Notes under the pieces: model-generated | The model's input: the letters and a program-made list of their open reading frames with translations, nothing else | Told to the model about the DNA's origin: nothing | The model's database searches: none | In this document: positions 11,270 through 22,600 of the stretch, one piece after another | Layout: every line of letters starts with the position of its first letter | Position numbering within the stretch: the stretch's first letter is position 1 | Assembly: GCA_963786955.1 (NCBI GenBank) | Contig: CAWBAT010000008.1 | Location: 544,001-608,000, forward strand | DNA: 64,000 bases | From: an uncultured Acidimicrobiia bacterium | GTDB lineage: Bacteria > Acidobacteriota > Terriglobia > Versatilivoradales > Versatilivoraceae | Reading direction: 5' to 3' | Program-made: the position numbers and the translations under genes

Positions 11270-11456
11270 TTTGTTTGTTTAAGGGCGATTCCCCCCTCCT
11301 GAGGTCATAAAATGTGATCGCTATTCCAGCAAGAATCCTACCGTTCCTCAAAATGTGACGAAAGAAATTACTCAAATAGTACTCTGAATGGACTTTGTGA
11401 TCCCAGTGCCGTGTCGGACCTGAGTTACGAAAACAGGAGGTCCGCAGAGATTTAGC

Positions 11457-12486
11457 TCACCCGTGTCCGGATACTAACTTCCGGATAACGGAAACAATCC
11501 GGTCTTTGCTGGGTACATAATACTGTTCCAGCGGCGGTGAAAACGGTACTGGCGTGTGGGGCGCGGTGATCATCTGTGGAGGGGCATTCAGATAATCAAA
11601 TGCCTTCGACGCCACCAGGGCAACGATGTCTGTCGCCATTGAGCAGCGAGGGTTATCTTCATCGACCACGACAAGGTGCTCAGTCTTGCGCACAGACTCG
11701 AGGATAATGTCTTCATCCAACGGTGATATCGAACGTGGATCAACCACCTCAACGCTAATCCCCTCTTTGGCCAGCACCTGTGCAGCTTCCAATGCAATGC
11801 CCACCATGCGCGAGAAGGCAATCACTGTGACATTGTTGCCTTCTGCAACAACGCGACCCTTGCCGAGCGGCACGATATGTTCGCCAACCGGCACTGGCCC
11901 CTTCATGTCGTACAACACCTTATTTTCAAAGACAATCACAGGATCATCGTCGCGAATCGCTGCTTTCAAAAGCCCCTTGGCGTCGGCTGGGTTCGAAAGG
12001 TACTACGCATTTTAGGCCTGGAAAATGGGCGAACATTGAGTAATTGATATCGGAATGCTGCGCGGCTGCTCCCGCGCCAGCCCCGATCGTTGTGCGAATT
12101 GTCAAGGGCACTTTGGCCTTGCCACCAAACATGTACCGCAACTTGGCTGCCTGGTTGACAATCTGATCCAGACAGACGCCAGCAAAACTAACGAACATCA
12201 GTTCCGCAACGGGTCTCAAGCCTGTCGCCGCCGCCCCCGTTGCCGCCCCGATAATGGCGGATTCCGAGATGGGCGTGTCTAAGACCCGCTCTTTGCCGAA
12301 ACGACCAATTAATCCCTTGGTAACCCCTAACACGCCACCCCAGGCGTCTAGCATTGCAGGGTCGTTTGACTGCGGCGCTCCCGCAACATCTTCACCGATG
12401 ATAATGACTTTCTCGTCTCGCTCCATTTCTTCAACGAGCGCTTCGTTGAGTGCTTCTCGATAAGTCATCGTTCGATCGGGCATCAT
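11457..12486 (-). CDS. TPP-dependent acetoin/2-oxoacid dehydrogenase E1 beta subunit, split by a +1 indel near 11996-11998
   Basis: DTPISESAIIGAA, RPVAELMF, VEVVDPRSISPLD; removing one base of the AAA run restores VVPSNPADAKGLLKAAIRDD. Confidence 0.9.
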
Positions 12487-12499
12487 CTTCTCTTCAAGT

Positions 12500-13501
12500 T
12501 TAGTAACGAACGTAAACGTCGGTGAGACAATCTTCTGGTTGTGGCAGAGGGGACGATCTCGCAAACTCGACCGCGTCTCGGACCCGATGTTCAACCTGCA
12601 GATTAATCGCTTGTAAATCTTCAGGACTGATCTGCACCTGGGGTGCGATTTGAGATACAAATATTTTCAATGGATCACGTTGGCGATAGCTGTCCACTTC
12701 CTCATTAGTACGGTACTTCATGGAATCGCCTTCAAAGTGACCGTAGTAACGATATGTCTTGGCTTCAATTAAGGTGGGTCCGCTCCCCGTGCGAGCCCGT
12801 CTCACGGCCTGCTCCGCTGCGGCATAGACCTCAAGCACGTCCTGTCCATCAACAATCACCCCCGGGATGTTGTAGCTTACCGAACGATCTGCAATATTCT
12901 CCGTCCTCATTGAATACTTGGGTGAGGTAGTTTCGGCGTACTGGTTATTTTCACATACGAATATGCAAGGCAGGTCCCAGATCGACGCCATATTGATGGA
13001 TTCATGAAATGTCCCTTGGTTGCTAGCGCCATCAGAGAAGAAGCTGACGCATACTTGGCCACTCTTACGAACCTTGGCGGATAAAGCGGCTCCAACCGCA
13101 AGAGGCAATCCGGCACCAACAATGCCATTGGCTCCAAGCATGCCTTTGGAAAGGTCCGCGATATGCATGGATCCGCCCTTGCCCTTGCAGATGCCGGTCA
13201 TGCGACCGTAGATTTCGGCGAGCATCGCTTTGAGATCAACGCCCTTGGCGATACAGTGGCCGTGTCCGCGGTGGGTAGAGGTGATATAGTCATCCGGGCC
13301 CAGCGCATTCATCACACCGACCGCAACGGCTTCTTGCCCTGCATAGAGGTGCACGAATCCTGGGATGTCGCCAGCTGCAAATAAATCATGCAGCTTGTCC
13401 TCGAAGGTTCGGATTGTCCGCATCCCTTCGTACATCGTTAAGAGGCGCTGACGGTCCAGCGCTTCGGGTAGTACTGAAACTTCGACAGTATTTGTGTTCA
13501 T
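12500..13501 (-). CDS. TPP-dependent acetoin/2-oxoacid dehydrogenase E1 alpha subunit
   Basis: HLYAGQEAVAVG, STHRGHGH, GKGGSMH, SDGASNQG..CENN TPP motif, TYRYYGHFEGD. Confidence 0.95.
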   Translation of the reverse strand: MNTNTVEVSVLPEALDRQRLLTMYEGMRTIRTFEDKLHDLFAAGDIPGFVHLYAGQEAVAVGVMNALGPDDYITSTHRGHGHCIAKGVDLKAMLAEIYGRMTGICKGKGGSMHIADLSKGMLGANGIVGAGLPLAVGAALSAKVRKSGQVCVSFFSDGASNQGTFHESINMASIWDLPCIFVCENNQYAETTSPKYSMRTENIADRSVSYNIPGVIVDGQDVLEVYAAAEQAVRRARTGSGPTLIEAKTYRYYGHFEGDSMKYRTNEEVDSYRQRDPLKIFVSQIAPQVQISPEDLQAINLQVEHRVRDAVEFARSSPLPQPEDCLTDVYVRY

Positions 13502-13502
13502 A

Positions 13503-14681
13503 TTACGTTCCTTCAGTGGTGATGGTTTCGATTCGATTGATAAAGTCTTTCAGAAAGGCTGCACCAGCCGCGCCATCTGCCACGCGGTGATCCAGCGTCA
13601 AACCGAATTCGACTATTGGCTGAAATTTGACTGCACTTTCATCGACCGGACAGGCTACTTGCCGAATACGGCCGATTGATAAAATGGCTGCCTGAGGGGG
13701 GCTGAGCAGAGCCTCAAAGCGATCAATCGGGTACATTCCGAGATTGGTTAAGGTGAATGTCCCCCCCAGAGTGTCTTCCTCTTTGATCTGACGCGAGCGC
13801 ACGCAATTTACTAGGCGGCTACGCTCGGCGCTGATCTGATTTATTGTTAATCGCGTACAGTCACGGATCACGGGGATAATCAGTCCCTGATCCACAGCCA
13901 CGACGACCCCAATATTCACCTGTTTGTGAAGTCGGATACCGTTATCTTCGAAAGACGCGTTGAGATACCGATGATCCACGAGTGTCCGGGCAACGCACCA
14001 AACAATCATGTCATCAAATGCGATTGCTTTTTCTCGCTGACGGACCTCTTGGAGCGCCGAGGCGTCGGCGTGTGCATAAAGCACTATTTGTGGAATGACA
14101 ACAGACCTCGTTACATGCCGGACAATGGCTTTGCGCATCGACGACAATGGTACAATTTCACTCGAAGGGTCCTTGTTCGTGAGCTCAGCTTGCCGCTGGG
14201 TTGCCTGCAGAACATCTTCCTTGGTGATGCGCCCGTCGGGACCTGTACCGGTGACAGTCGTTAGATCAACACCCAAATCTTTTGCAACGCGTCGCGCCGC
14301 TGGTGAAATGGCGACGCGAGAGGGCTTTGACGGGGGCATCGCCGGTTCAGATTGCGATACCTCGCGTTCTTGTTTTAAGAGGACTTCCACAGTCTCTACC
14401 GCACTATCACCAGATACCCGAGGAATATCCTGTCTTGACTCACCTTCCAGTAGAACCCAGCCCATCGTATCAGAGACTGAAGCAGTGGCTCCCTCTTCAA
14501 TAATGATAATGGCCAGCGTACCACTAGCGGGGGACACAAGCTCATTAGTGGCTTTGTCCGTCTCGATCTCTACCAATGATTGATCTTTCTCGATATGCTC
14601 GCCTACCTCGGCCAACCAGCGAACGACTGTGCCTTCGGCCATCATCATTCCGAACTTGGGCATCGTGATAGGTACAGGCAT
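13503..14681 (-). CDS. Dihydrolipoamide acyltransferase (E2)
   Basis: Lipoyl motif IETDKA, E3-binding ISPAARRVA..GTGPDGRITKEDV, catalytic DHRVADGA; start placed at MPVPITMPKFG. Confidence 0.93.
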   Translation of the reverse strand: MPVPITMPKFGMMMAEGTVVRWLAEVGEHIEKDQSLVEIETDKATNELVSPASGTLAIIIIEEGATASVSDTMGWVLLEGESRQDIPRVSGDSAVETVEVLLKQEREVSQSEPAMPPSKPSRVAISPAARRVAKDLGVDLTTVTGTGPDGRITKEDVLQATQRQAELTNKDPSSEIVPLSSMRKAIVRHVTRSVVIPQIVLYAHADASALQEVRQREKAIAFDDMIVWCVARTLVDHRYLNASFEDNGIRLHKQVNIGVVVAVDQGLIIPVIRDCTRLTINQISAERSRLVNCVRSRQIKEEDTLGGTFTLTNLGMYPIDRFEALLSPPQAAILSIGRIRQVACPVDESAVKFQPIVEFGLTLDHRVADGAAGAAFLKDFINRIETITTEGT

Positions 14682-15399
14682 AATTGGTAGATTCTCGCTA
14701 GTTGTGGCAAGCAACCTCATAGAACGAGTGAGTGAGTGGTTTTGCCAACCAGCCGCCCAACCGTTAGCTGTCAAGGACTATAACTAAAATCGCTCCAGTA
14801 TTGACTTGCGCCACAGAACCTATATTAATATTTCGAAACAATTTCTTACCGCCAAAGTATCTTGAATGGAACTGCTGAAGCCTTAACTTCAGAGGGAAAT
14901 ATTGTTAGATATTAAAAACATAGGTCGAGGAACGAGCGCTTGTCAAGTTTTTTCTAGAATGCATTAATGTCAAGGAAATAGGCCTTATATTTTGCATAGT
15001 TACTTCAAATACAAAGTCAATGGCCTAAAAACCTCAAAACGAATTTTCTGATATCCTCGAGAGAGTAATAAAGTCGAATATCAAGAAACGATATATTGGT
15101 TAAGATTGCCAATTTATCCAAAGCCCGTATTGTTGAAGGTGTCCCTCAGCAAAATTTTATCGGCTTGAAAACAATTAATTATTAAGCCTGTTCCCTCCAC
15201 ACTCCTGCCCGTGATAGAAACACGTTGATGGGTAGGAATTTCAATGTTGCAGGAGTGAGAGAGCGACGAAACCTACCTCTAGTTTGGGAGTGCTTAAGAG
15301 GAAGATGTCCCGGGACCCAAGCGGAAATTTAGAGTGTTTTGGGTTCGGTTTCAGCTTCATCTGCTGCAGTAGTTTGGTAGCGAGTACCTCCCTAGAATT

Positions 15400-15690
15400 C
15401 TTGAGCGTTTCCTCGGTGAGATGGAAGTAGACCTTTTTGCCGTAGGCAAGCAAATCGGGCGCAAAGTCTGTCACGGCGCGGTGTTCAATGCGAGCTTCAC
15501 CAGTGAAGTAGGCTGCGGTTGCGCGAATCCGGTCCCCTTGGAAACGCTTAAGCAGGAAGGCGAGGTACTTTATGCCGCCCGCAATATTAGCCGCTGAATC
15601 GAAGCGATTGCTGACACCAAAGCGCCTTGCCGTTCCGGGCAACGTCTGGATCAACCCTCCAGGCCCCAAGGAGCCAGAGTGATGGATCGC
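15400..15690 (-). pseudogene. Lytic transglycosylase (SLT) fragment
   Basis: GLIQTLPGTARRFGV..NIAGGIKYLAFLLKRFQGD..AAY matches the GLMQ and AAYNAG motifs in degenerate form; the catalytic ES motif and N-terminus are missing; boundaries approximate. Confidence 0.7.
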
Positions 15691-15750
15691 TACACTAAAT
15701 TCTCCCAGCAGCTGTCTCAAAATCATTGACACGTTCCGTCCGAGGAAACT

Positions 15751-15830
15751 GGGAACAAACTAGGAACAAGATTGGGAACAAATCGCGAACAGAACACCGT
15801 AGAACAAGATAGAAAACCGTGGAACAAGGT
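15751..15830 (+). repeat. Short GGAACAA/GAACA direct repeats, putative integrase arm-type sites
   Basis: GAACA at 15753, 15764, 15776, 15787, 15792, 15802 and 15822, directly upstream of the tRNA fragment. Confidence 0.6.
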
Positions 15831-15874
15831 GGAGCTAAATCAATGAAAAGCAAAGACGGGAGATTGTTTATTTT

Positions 15875-15921
15875 GGCTCATAACCCAAAGGTCGCGGGTT
15901 CAAATCCCGCCCCCGCAACCA
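15875..15921 (+). mobile_element. 3' half of tRNA-Met(CAT, initiator type), probable att site remnant
   Basis: GGCTCATAACCCAAAGGTCGCGGGTTCAAATCCCGCCCCCGCAACCA covers anticodon loop, T arm and CCA; the upstream sequence is not a tRNA 5' half. Confidence 0.85.
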
Positions 15922-16249
15922 ACTTCCCACCTTTTTATCTACCTCTAATTCCTGACTGGTCTTAACCTTAGCTTTTAATGTACTCTCGCCTTCTTTCCCT
16001 CCTCAGAGTCGCCGATCTCTCCGTTTTCTAACATTCTTCTAACAATTGGCTGTCTAAGGATGAAGATGTTCAGCCCTAGTTTCAGAATTCCACGTTTAAC
16101 CGACCCATCCTGGGGAGAAGCGTTTTCTAGTTGACAAAGCCTTTTAATGGGAGACCATACGCGATAGTGATCCACCCGCAAACGCGGTGGTCAATTGAGG
16201 GCACAATCGATACCTCCCCCTTAATGCTTAAGAGTTGAGCTCAAGAACA

Positions 16250-17935
16250 ATGCCGCGAAACTTGCTGGATCGCCTGGACAGCTGGAAGAGCCGCTTTGAA
16301 ACACCCGACGCCCGTCAACTTGAACGGATGCTGTCGGCTGTGGCGTCGCGACGGCTTCGCGATGCGAACGGTTTAATCCGACTGCACGAAACCCTGCTGT
16401 TTCTGCGCGCCTATCCGTACACTCCAGAAGTGGCGCGGCTGGCAGACTCCATTCTCTTCTCATTTGCAGACCGCATCAGGGAGTTGCGGGCGGCGAGTCC
16501 GGATCTTTCCGCCTTCGAGGAACCGGAAATATCGGGTATCGCAGGCACGTCGCTCTCGGCGGTTTTTAGCTATGAGGTGGCTCGGCGCCTCGCGCTCCGC
16601 TATCCGCGAACCTTGGAGATTGCATGGGACCGCTACGACGAAATTGACCGACTCGGTCCAGTCATCTCGCGGTTCTTGCCCCTACTCCAGGAGGATTGGC
16701 CGGTTGAAGCCCATGTTCCTTTTCGCGAGTGGCTCTCGGCGGCCCGGCGCCGGGGCCAAAGCGATTTAGCCTGGTTGCTTGAGCACATGCGCACTTTGCC
16801 GCTCACACCCCGCGGGCTGGCGGAACTTTACGACGCGCTGCAACTGCCACTGACCTGGAACATGGGCACTACGCGTACGTCCCGATCACGCCTGCGGCTA
16901 TCCAACCGCAAGCTGTACTGTCACCGCGAACCACTGCTGCGGCGGAGCGACATTTCGCTTGAGCATGAGTTGAAAGGCCCGCCATTTCGGGTGAGGCGTC
17001 TGTCCCGTCCGGAAGCGCGTAAGATGCTGGATCTCATTCTCGACACCTCGGCAATGCGCTGCCGCGAGCTCTATGGCTTTAGCCACCCCGACGAGACCGG
17101 AGTTTTTCGCGCGGATGCGGGTCGGGGCGTCGAAATCTTCTTCTTCGGCGTGCCGCCCGAGTGGCGGTTGCCGGTTCGGGCCTACCATGCGGGAATGTTC
17201 TTCAAGAACGGCGTACCAGCCGGCTATGTGGAACTGCTTTCACTGTTTGAACGGGCCGAGGTGGGCTTCAATATGTACTACACGTTTCGAGAGGGCGAAT
17301 CCGCGTGGCTGTATGCGCAGCTTCTCCGCCTTTTCCGCCAGGTCTTGGGCGTGAAGTGCTTTTCAGTGGATCCCTATCAGATCGGCTTGGAGAATTCGGA
17401 AGCTATCGTTTCGGGGGCGTTCTGGTTCTACCGAAAGCTGGGGTTCCGTCCACTGGAGCCGGAAGTTGCAAGGCTGGTGGAGCGGGAGGAACGCAGAATA
17501 CGGCAAACCCCGGGGTACCGGAGTTCGCCAACGACCCTGGAAAAACTGGCCAAAGGTTATATCATTTTTGAGGGTCCATCGGCCGAAGCGGGCGCCTGGG
17601 ACAAGTTCCGGGTTCGCAATCTCGGGCTGGCGGTTCAGCGAGCGATGGCGGACCGTTTCGAGGGGGATTCGGAAAGGACCCGGCGCGCGGCGAGGCTGCA
17701 TGCCGTCCAGCACCTCGGGGTCGAGTCTTCCATCGGCTTATCCTTTGTTCTTAGTCTGATTCCGGAGTTGCCGCGTTGGACGAAAGAAGAGAAACTCGCT
17801 GCTGCGAAGATTCTTCAAGCTAAGCAAATAGCCGACGAAGCGCGATACCTCCATCTGATGCAACGCCATCCGCGCCTGCGCGCCGCGATCCTGAAACTCG
17901 GGTCAGTCGTGCCAGTAGATAGTGAGCGTCAGTAA
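16250..17935 (+). CDS. Hypothetical protein with C-terminal GNAT-like motif
   Basis: Long GC-biased ORF; AFWFYRKLGFRP resembles the GNAT C-terminal motif. Confidence 0.7.
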   Translation: MPRNLLDRLDSWKSRFETPDARQLERMLSAVASRRLRDANGLIRLHETLLFLRAYPYTPEVARLADSILFSFADRIRELRAASPDLSAFEEPEISGIAGTSLSAVFSYEVARRLALRYPRTLEIAWDRYDEIDRLGPVISRFLPLLQEDWPVEAHVPFREWLSAARRRGQSDLAWLLEHMRTLPLTPRGLAELYDALQLPLTWNMGTTRTSRSRLRLSNRKLYCHREPLLRRSDISLEHELKGPPFRVRRLSRPEARKMLDLILDTSAMRCRELYGFSHPDETGVFRADAGRGVEIFFFGVPPEWRLPVRAYHAGMFFKNGVPAGYVELLSLFERAEVGFNMYYTFREGESAWLYAQLLRLFRQVLGVKCFSVDPYQIGLENSEAIVSGAFWFYRKLGFRPLEPEVARLVEREERRIRQTPGYRSSPTTLEKLAKGYIIFEGPSAEAGAWDKFRVRNLGLAVQRAMADRFEGDSERTRRAARLHAVQHLGVESSIGLSFVLSLIPELPRWTKEEKLAAAKILQAKQIADEARYLHLMQRHPRLRAAILKLGSVVPVDSERQ

Positions 17936-18410
17936 TGTGCGTGAAGAGGCTGATGTAGCAGAGAAAAACTAGTTGGCGATGTGCCACCTTTCAACCGAGG
18001 ACCTAAATTGTGTCAATAGGCTTAAAGTGAGGATAGTGCACGTTTGCGGGCCAATCAAAAGCAGAAAGGTGCCGCGTTTGGTAGCAATTCCTGATTACCT
18101 GGTAGATACGGCACCCCAGTATTCTTATCATCCCACGGCCAACGAGCTCATTTTCCAGGGCGCGCTGGCTCCGCCATCACTTACGCGGAGCGCCGAGGGT
18201 GTCTATGGCGAATTGATATATTGACCGATTCTACCGGTGACCGTGCTGCCCAAGTGAGGCGAGTTACATTGGCGGAGAGCAGTTGGTGGCAGCGGCAAGA
18301 TCAGATCAGCCAACCGTGAAGTGTCTACAAACTTAAAGAGCGAGTGATTTCTAGACGTTTAGCCGTGCCGAATTCACACCCGACAACAGAGGCGAAAAAT
18401 CTTTGGAGAA

Positions 18411-19493
18411 TCAGGCAGCCATCGGTGTGTGATGAAGGCCTCGGCAGTGAGGTTGCCATCGGTAGCAATTTAGATCTGCGACGGTCGTGGCGCCCTCGTG
18501 TCCTGATGGGCGTTCGCCCCTCCCGGGAGGTATGCGTGCGATGATCGTTGAAGTAGGTTCTGAAATCGAGCAGCTTGTTTTCGATGCGCTCGTCCAGAAC
18601 AACATGCGATCTAAACACTCCCGCCTTATCGTTCCGATCAGCCGCTCCACAAACGGATGGGACAGGGGAACGTAGGGGACGGTCTTGATTTCGGTCACTT
18701 CCACTATGCGCAGATTGGCTTGCCATTGGAGGAACCTATAAAGCGGATCATGGTCGGAGCTGAGGTGTTTTGGCATCGAGCCGTGGCCTCGAAGGGCGCG
18801 GTTGAACATCCGACAAAGTGCGACACCATTGACCGTTTCGGCATGGACGCCGAATCCAATGATTCGGCGCGTGTATTGATCCATGACGACCAGAACCCAG
18901 TGGGTTCGCAACGTGGCCGATTCGCACCTGAACAGATCGATACTCCAGATGCTGTCCTTCATGTGGCCCAGGAAGGTTAGCCAAGATGGACCACCGGAGT
19001 TCTGTTCTGGCCGATAGTGACTGGCGAGAATCCTTCGAACAACGTCTTTGTCGATTGGGATGTCGAAAGCCAAGGCGATCTGCTGAGCGATTCGCGGACA
19101 GCCCCAGGCGGGATTGCGTTACTTCATCTGGACGATGGCTTCAATCAGTGCTTTGCTGGGTCCCTTTGGCCCGGGATTACCTCGGCGCTTGGATGAGAAG
19201 AGCAGGCGATATTTTCGGTTTCTCAGAGCCTGGTGGAGGCTCAAGAGAGTCGAAGGTTTCAAGGCAATTGCTGAACGGATCAGCCGGGCGGGGCGAATGA
19301 GGAGCGCACACAAACCAGAGACGAGGCGATCTGAGGTGCGTAAATTCGGTGACCGCTGCCGTGAACGATTGAGGATCAGCAGTTGCTGTTTGACAAGAAC
19401 CGACTCCGCGACGACAGAACGCATGCCGCCAGGACCAAGGAGGCGGCCGAGCGTCGCAATGACATGAATAAAAAGGATAAACAGATCGCGCAT
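18411..19493 (-). mobile_element. Integrase-core (rve, DDE) transposase, frameshifted
   Basis: Two ORFs: VVAESVLVKQQLLIL..; then WSIDLFRCES..VVMDQYTRRIIGF, SDHDPL, ERLIGTIRRECLD; P-WGCPRIAQQI visible across the break near 19110. Confidence 0.88.
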
Positions 19494-19634
19494 CTGCTCA
19501 TTCTAACAAAACCTGGAATCGCCCGAGGTTATGTCACGAATTAGCAATTCGCCAGGGACACCATCAATTCATAGCATCCATAGCCATCCGAATTCCGCAC
19601 CCCTAGAGCAATGCGGCATCCCAAGAGAAGGTCT

Positions 19635-22600
19635 CTACTTCAAAGTGGGTACCAATTTCAGGGTTTCGATGGCATAGTGCCCCACTTTCATATCGAAGGA
19701 CTGCCCCTTTACCGGCAGGGATTTTCCTTCCTCTTCAATGATATTAGTCCATTCTGCACTTGAGAACGGCACAAAGGAATTAAAGACCGCCGGAGTGTCC
19801 TGTCCCTCCAACTCGTAACAACGAAGGACTACGTTTTCGTCATCCTCCGCCTTTTTGATCGTGCTGATCAATACATTCCCTGAAGAAACTGCGAAGAAGC
19901 TCTTCTCTTCGGGCAAACTGGCATTGACGGCTGGCACTCCACCCTCAAGGACAATAAGCGGGTGATTGGCTTGAATCCCGAAACGATAGCCACTCCGCCA
20001 CCCGGGTGCGTGCGAGGAAATGGAGAACTGATAGTGGTGATCACCCGGCTGCAGATACCAATTCCCTTCTCCGTGGCAACTCTTGCGGGATGCCAGCAAA
20101 ATTGGCGATACGACAGGATAGTCCACGGGATTGGTGGTCGGATCCTGATAATCAAACGTCACCACGCTGGAACTCATCGTGACTCCAATTCCGCTGTCGC
20201 TGACATTGATAAAGTTCTGTACCTCCCGCGGACGGATCTTGGAGCATTGTTCATGATATTCGAGAGATCCCCACATATTCTTGTAAGCTGTGCCGCCAGT
20301 CGTCGGAATTTCGTCTTTCCCGACCTCCACAATGCCCATCGGGACTTCGTACGCCACCGTGCCCGCGCTCACATTCACAGGCAATGCCATGCGGAATTCG
20401 CGGTACTTTTGTCCGTTCCAGTTGAGAATGGATAATTCACAGTCGAATTGTTTGATCTGCTGATAGACCAACAACCGTTGCCGGATCGTGCAGGTAGGTA
20501 GAACCTGCTCCATGGCAAAGACCGTCCGCACAGGCCCGGACTCAACCTGTTTCCACTCCGGTTTGTGGTTGCTCAACTTGTCAAATCCCTTCATGGTCGG
20601 TTGCTGGACGGCGGGAAATTCACCGGCGCCGTTGCCCTCAGATTGCATGGTGTAGACTTCAGCTCCCAGGAATTTTTCGGTTTTCAGCAATTCTTTGTTG
20701 TATTCCTTGTCATGAATACTTTGAATACCGCCGGGAACCAGTTTTATCCGATAGAAATTGTTTTCGAAAACCTGGGGCACAGCAACCTCCTGGGGAATGG
20801 GCTTCTTCAAAGTGCCCTGGCTTGGGACAAGGTAGTACGTCTTGTATCCAATTGAAGGGACATCACTGGCTACAAAGAGGAGATGTTGCCGCTTGAGAGT
20901 GTTTTTGGAAAAAGCTTCCACTTCAAAGATCCTGGCCTGATCATTGGTTCGGGCTGAGCCCCGGGCAACAAAGAGACGCAGGAATTGGAATTTCCTGGGC
21001 GTGAAAATGTGCGTGGTCAGGACCGCACTGTTGCCATTTATGGTTGGAACTAAATCTTTCCAGGGACCGGCAGCCGCATTTGCCCATTGCAGATTGAAAT
21101 CAACGGTGTTGAATTGTTCTTCATCCTGGTAGGCCCCCAGACTCCCCTCATGGCGAATCACCACTTTGTGGATGTCACGCGGCTGCCCGAAGTCGATCAG
21201 CAACCAATGCGGAGCTTTTGCATCGGCAGAAGAGACCCATCGATCGGTGTTCAGGTTGGACCATTTGCCATCGATGGCTTTTTCTGCCCCATAATTGAGA
21301 CCCATGGCAGAACTGGCTTGGGCCTTGGCACCCATCCGCGCCGAGGCCACGTTGACCTCGTCCGGTTCGTTGAGGCTGGTCAACTGGAATGGAACCTCAT
21401 GCCCCTCTGCATCCACCAGCTTGTTAGGCCCCGCCGCCTCAGTATCGACGTTCACCAAGACCGGCCCCGAGCGCTTCCAGGAAAGGGCGTTGAACACATG
21501 AAGAGGCTTCCCTTTTTGGGGTAGAGTCTTGATTCTCCCGGCAATGTTATGCAATGCCTGATCTAGCATCTTTTGCCCTTCTGCGCGGGCAAATTGCGTC
21601 TTGCTTTTAAAGAGTTCGTCCGTAATGTGGCCGTTCTTGCCGCCCCAACCATGATCGGGGTAGATCTCCTCCATCCAGGCCTTGGACAGCTCAGCGGCTG
21701 GGTATTTTTTGAAACTGCCGGAAAGCAGAGAGTCCACAGTATTGAAGATTTCAGCAGCAGGAAGAAGCACCGCTGCTTCTCGCTTGGCCGAAAAAGCTTC
21801 ATGGTGTGTAGCCCCGGTGATGTAAAGCCAGATATCGGGGCGTTCTCCCATCAGAACATCCGGCTTGCCTGGCCCTTTCGCAAGCTGATCGAAGAATCCC
21901 TTGGCGGAAGAATACTGCATCGTAGCCGGCTTCCATGCCGCACGATTTGCCTCCCCAACACCGGCAGGCGCACTCTGTGAATTCCACAGGCTGATGAGCG
22001 CATTGAAATCAGTTGGGCGCGAAAAATCCTGGGAGTTAAGGAGACAGTAGACAGGGGGGAGCTGGCGCTTCTGGTAATAGGTCTCTTGTTCCCCCAATTT
22101 CTTCGCAATCGCCTGGACGCCTTCGGCTGGTGGAGCCGTTAACATAAAGAGAGGATTCCCATAGTGCCCCGGTGTATAGGCAATGACGCTGCTGCCGTCG
22201 GGACTCAGCCAACGATACAGCCCCTCATGGTACCGGCTGATAATCAAATAAGGGATCCCTGCCTTGCTGAGGATTTGCTGCATCTGCAGAGATCGCCCGG
22301 GAACATCCGGGTTAAAAGCCACCTTGGCGTCACATCCAGGGAAGTTCTTCTTCAACCACCGTCGACCAAAATAAGTTTCTCGGATCAATTCTTCGCCTGA
22401 AATCGAGGATTCGTAGGGTTGATTAAAAGTCGCCCCCCATTCCAGCCGCCCTTCCCGAGTCAAGCGCTCGATTTCTCCCTTTTTTTCCGGGTGGACTTCC
22501 AAAAACTCCATCAGGTTCAACATGTTTTCCATGACAAAACTATAATTCTTATTCTTTGCCATGAGTTCCAGTGCCGGTGTGATGCAATTGTCCACACGGA

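Noticed and set aside
11990-12000. Programmed frameshift or true pseudogene in E1 beta
   Set aside because: A single extra base in a homopolymer; similar indels occur throughout the window, so a sequencing error is more likely
15875-15921. Functional tRNA-Met gene
   Set aside because: The 5' acceptor strand and D arm are absent
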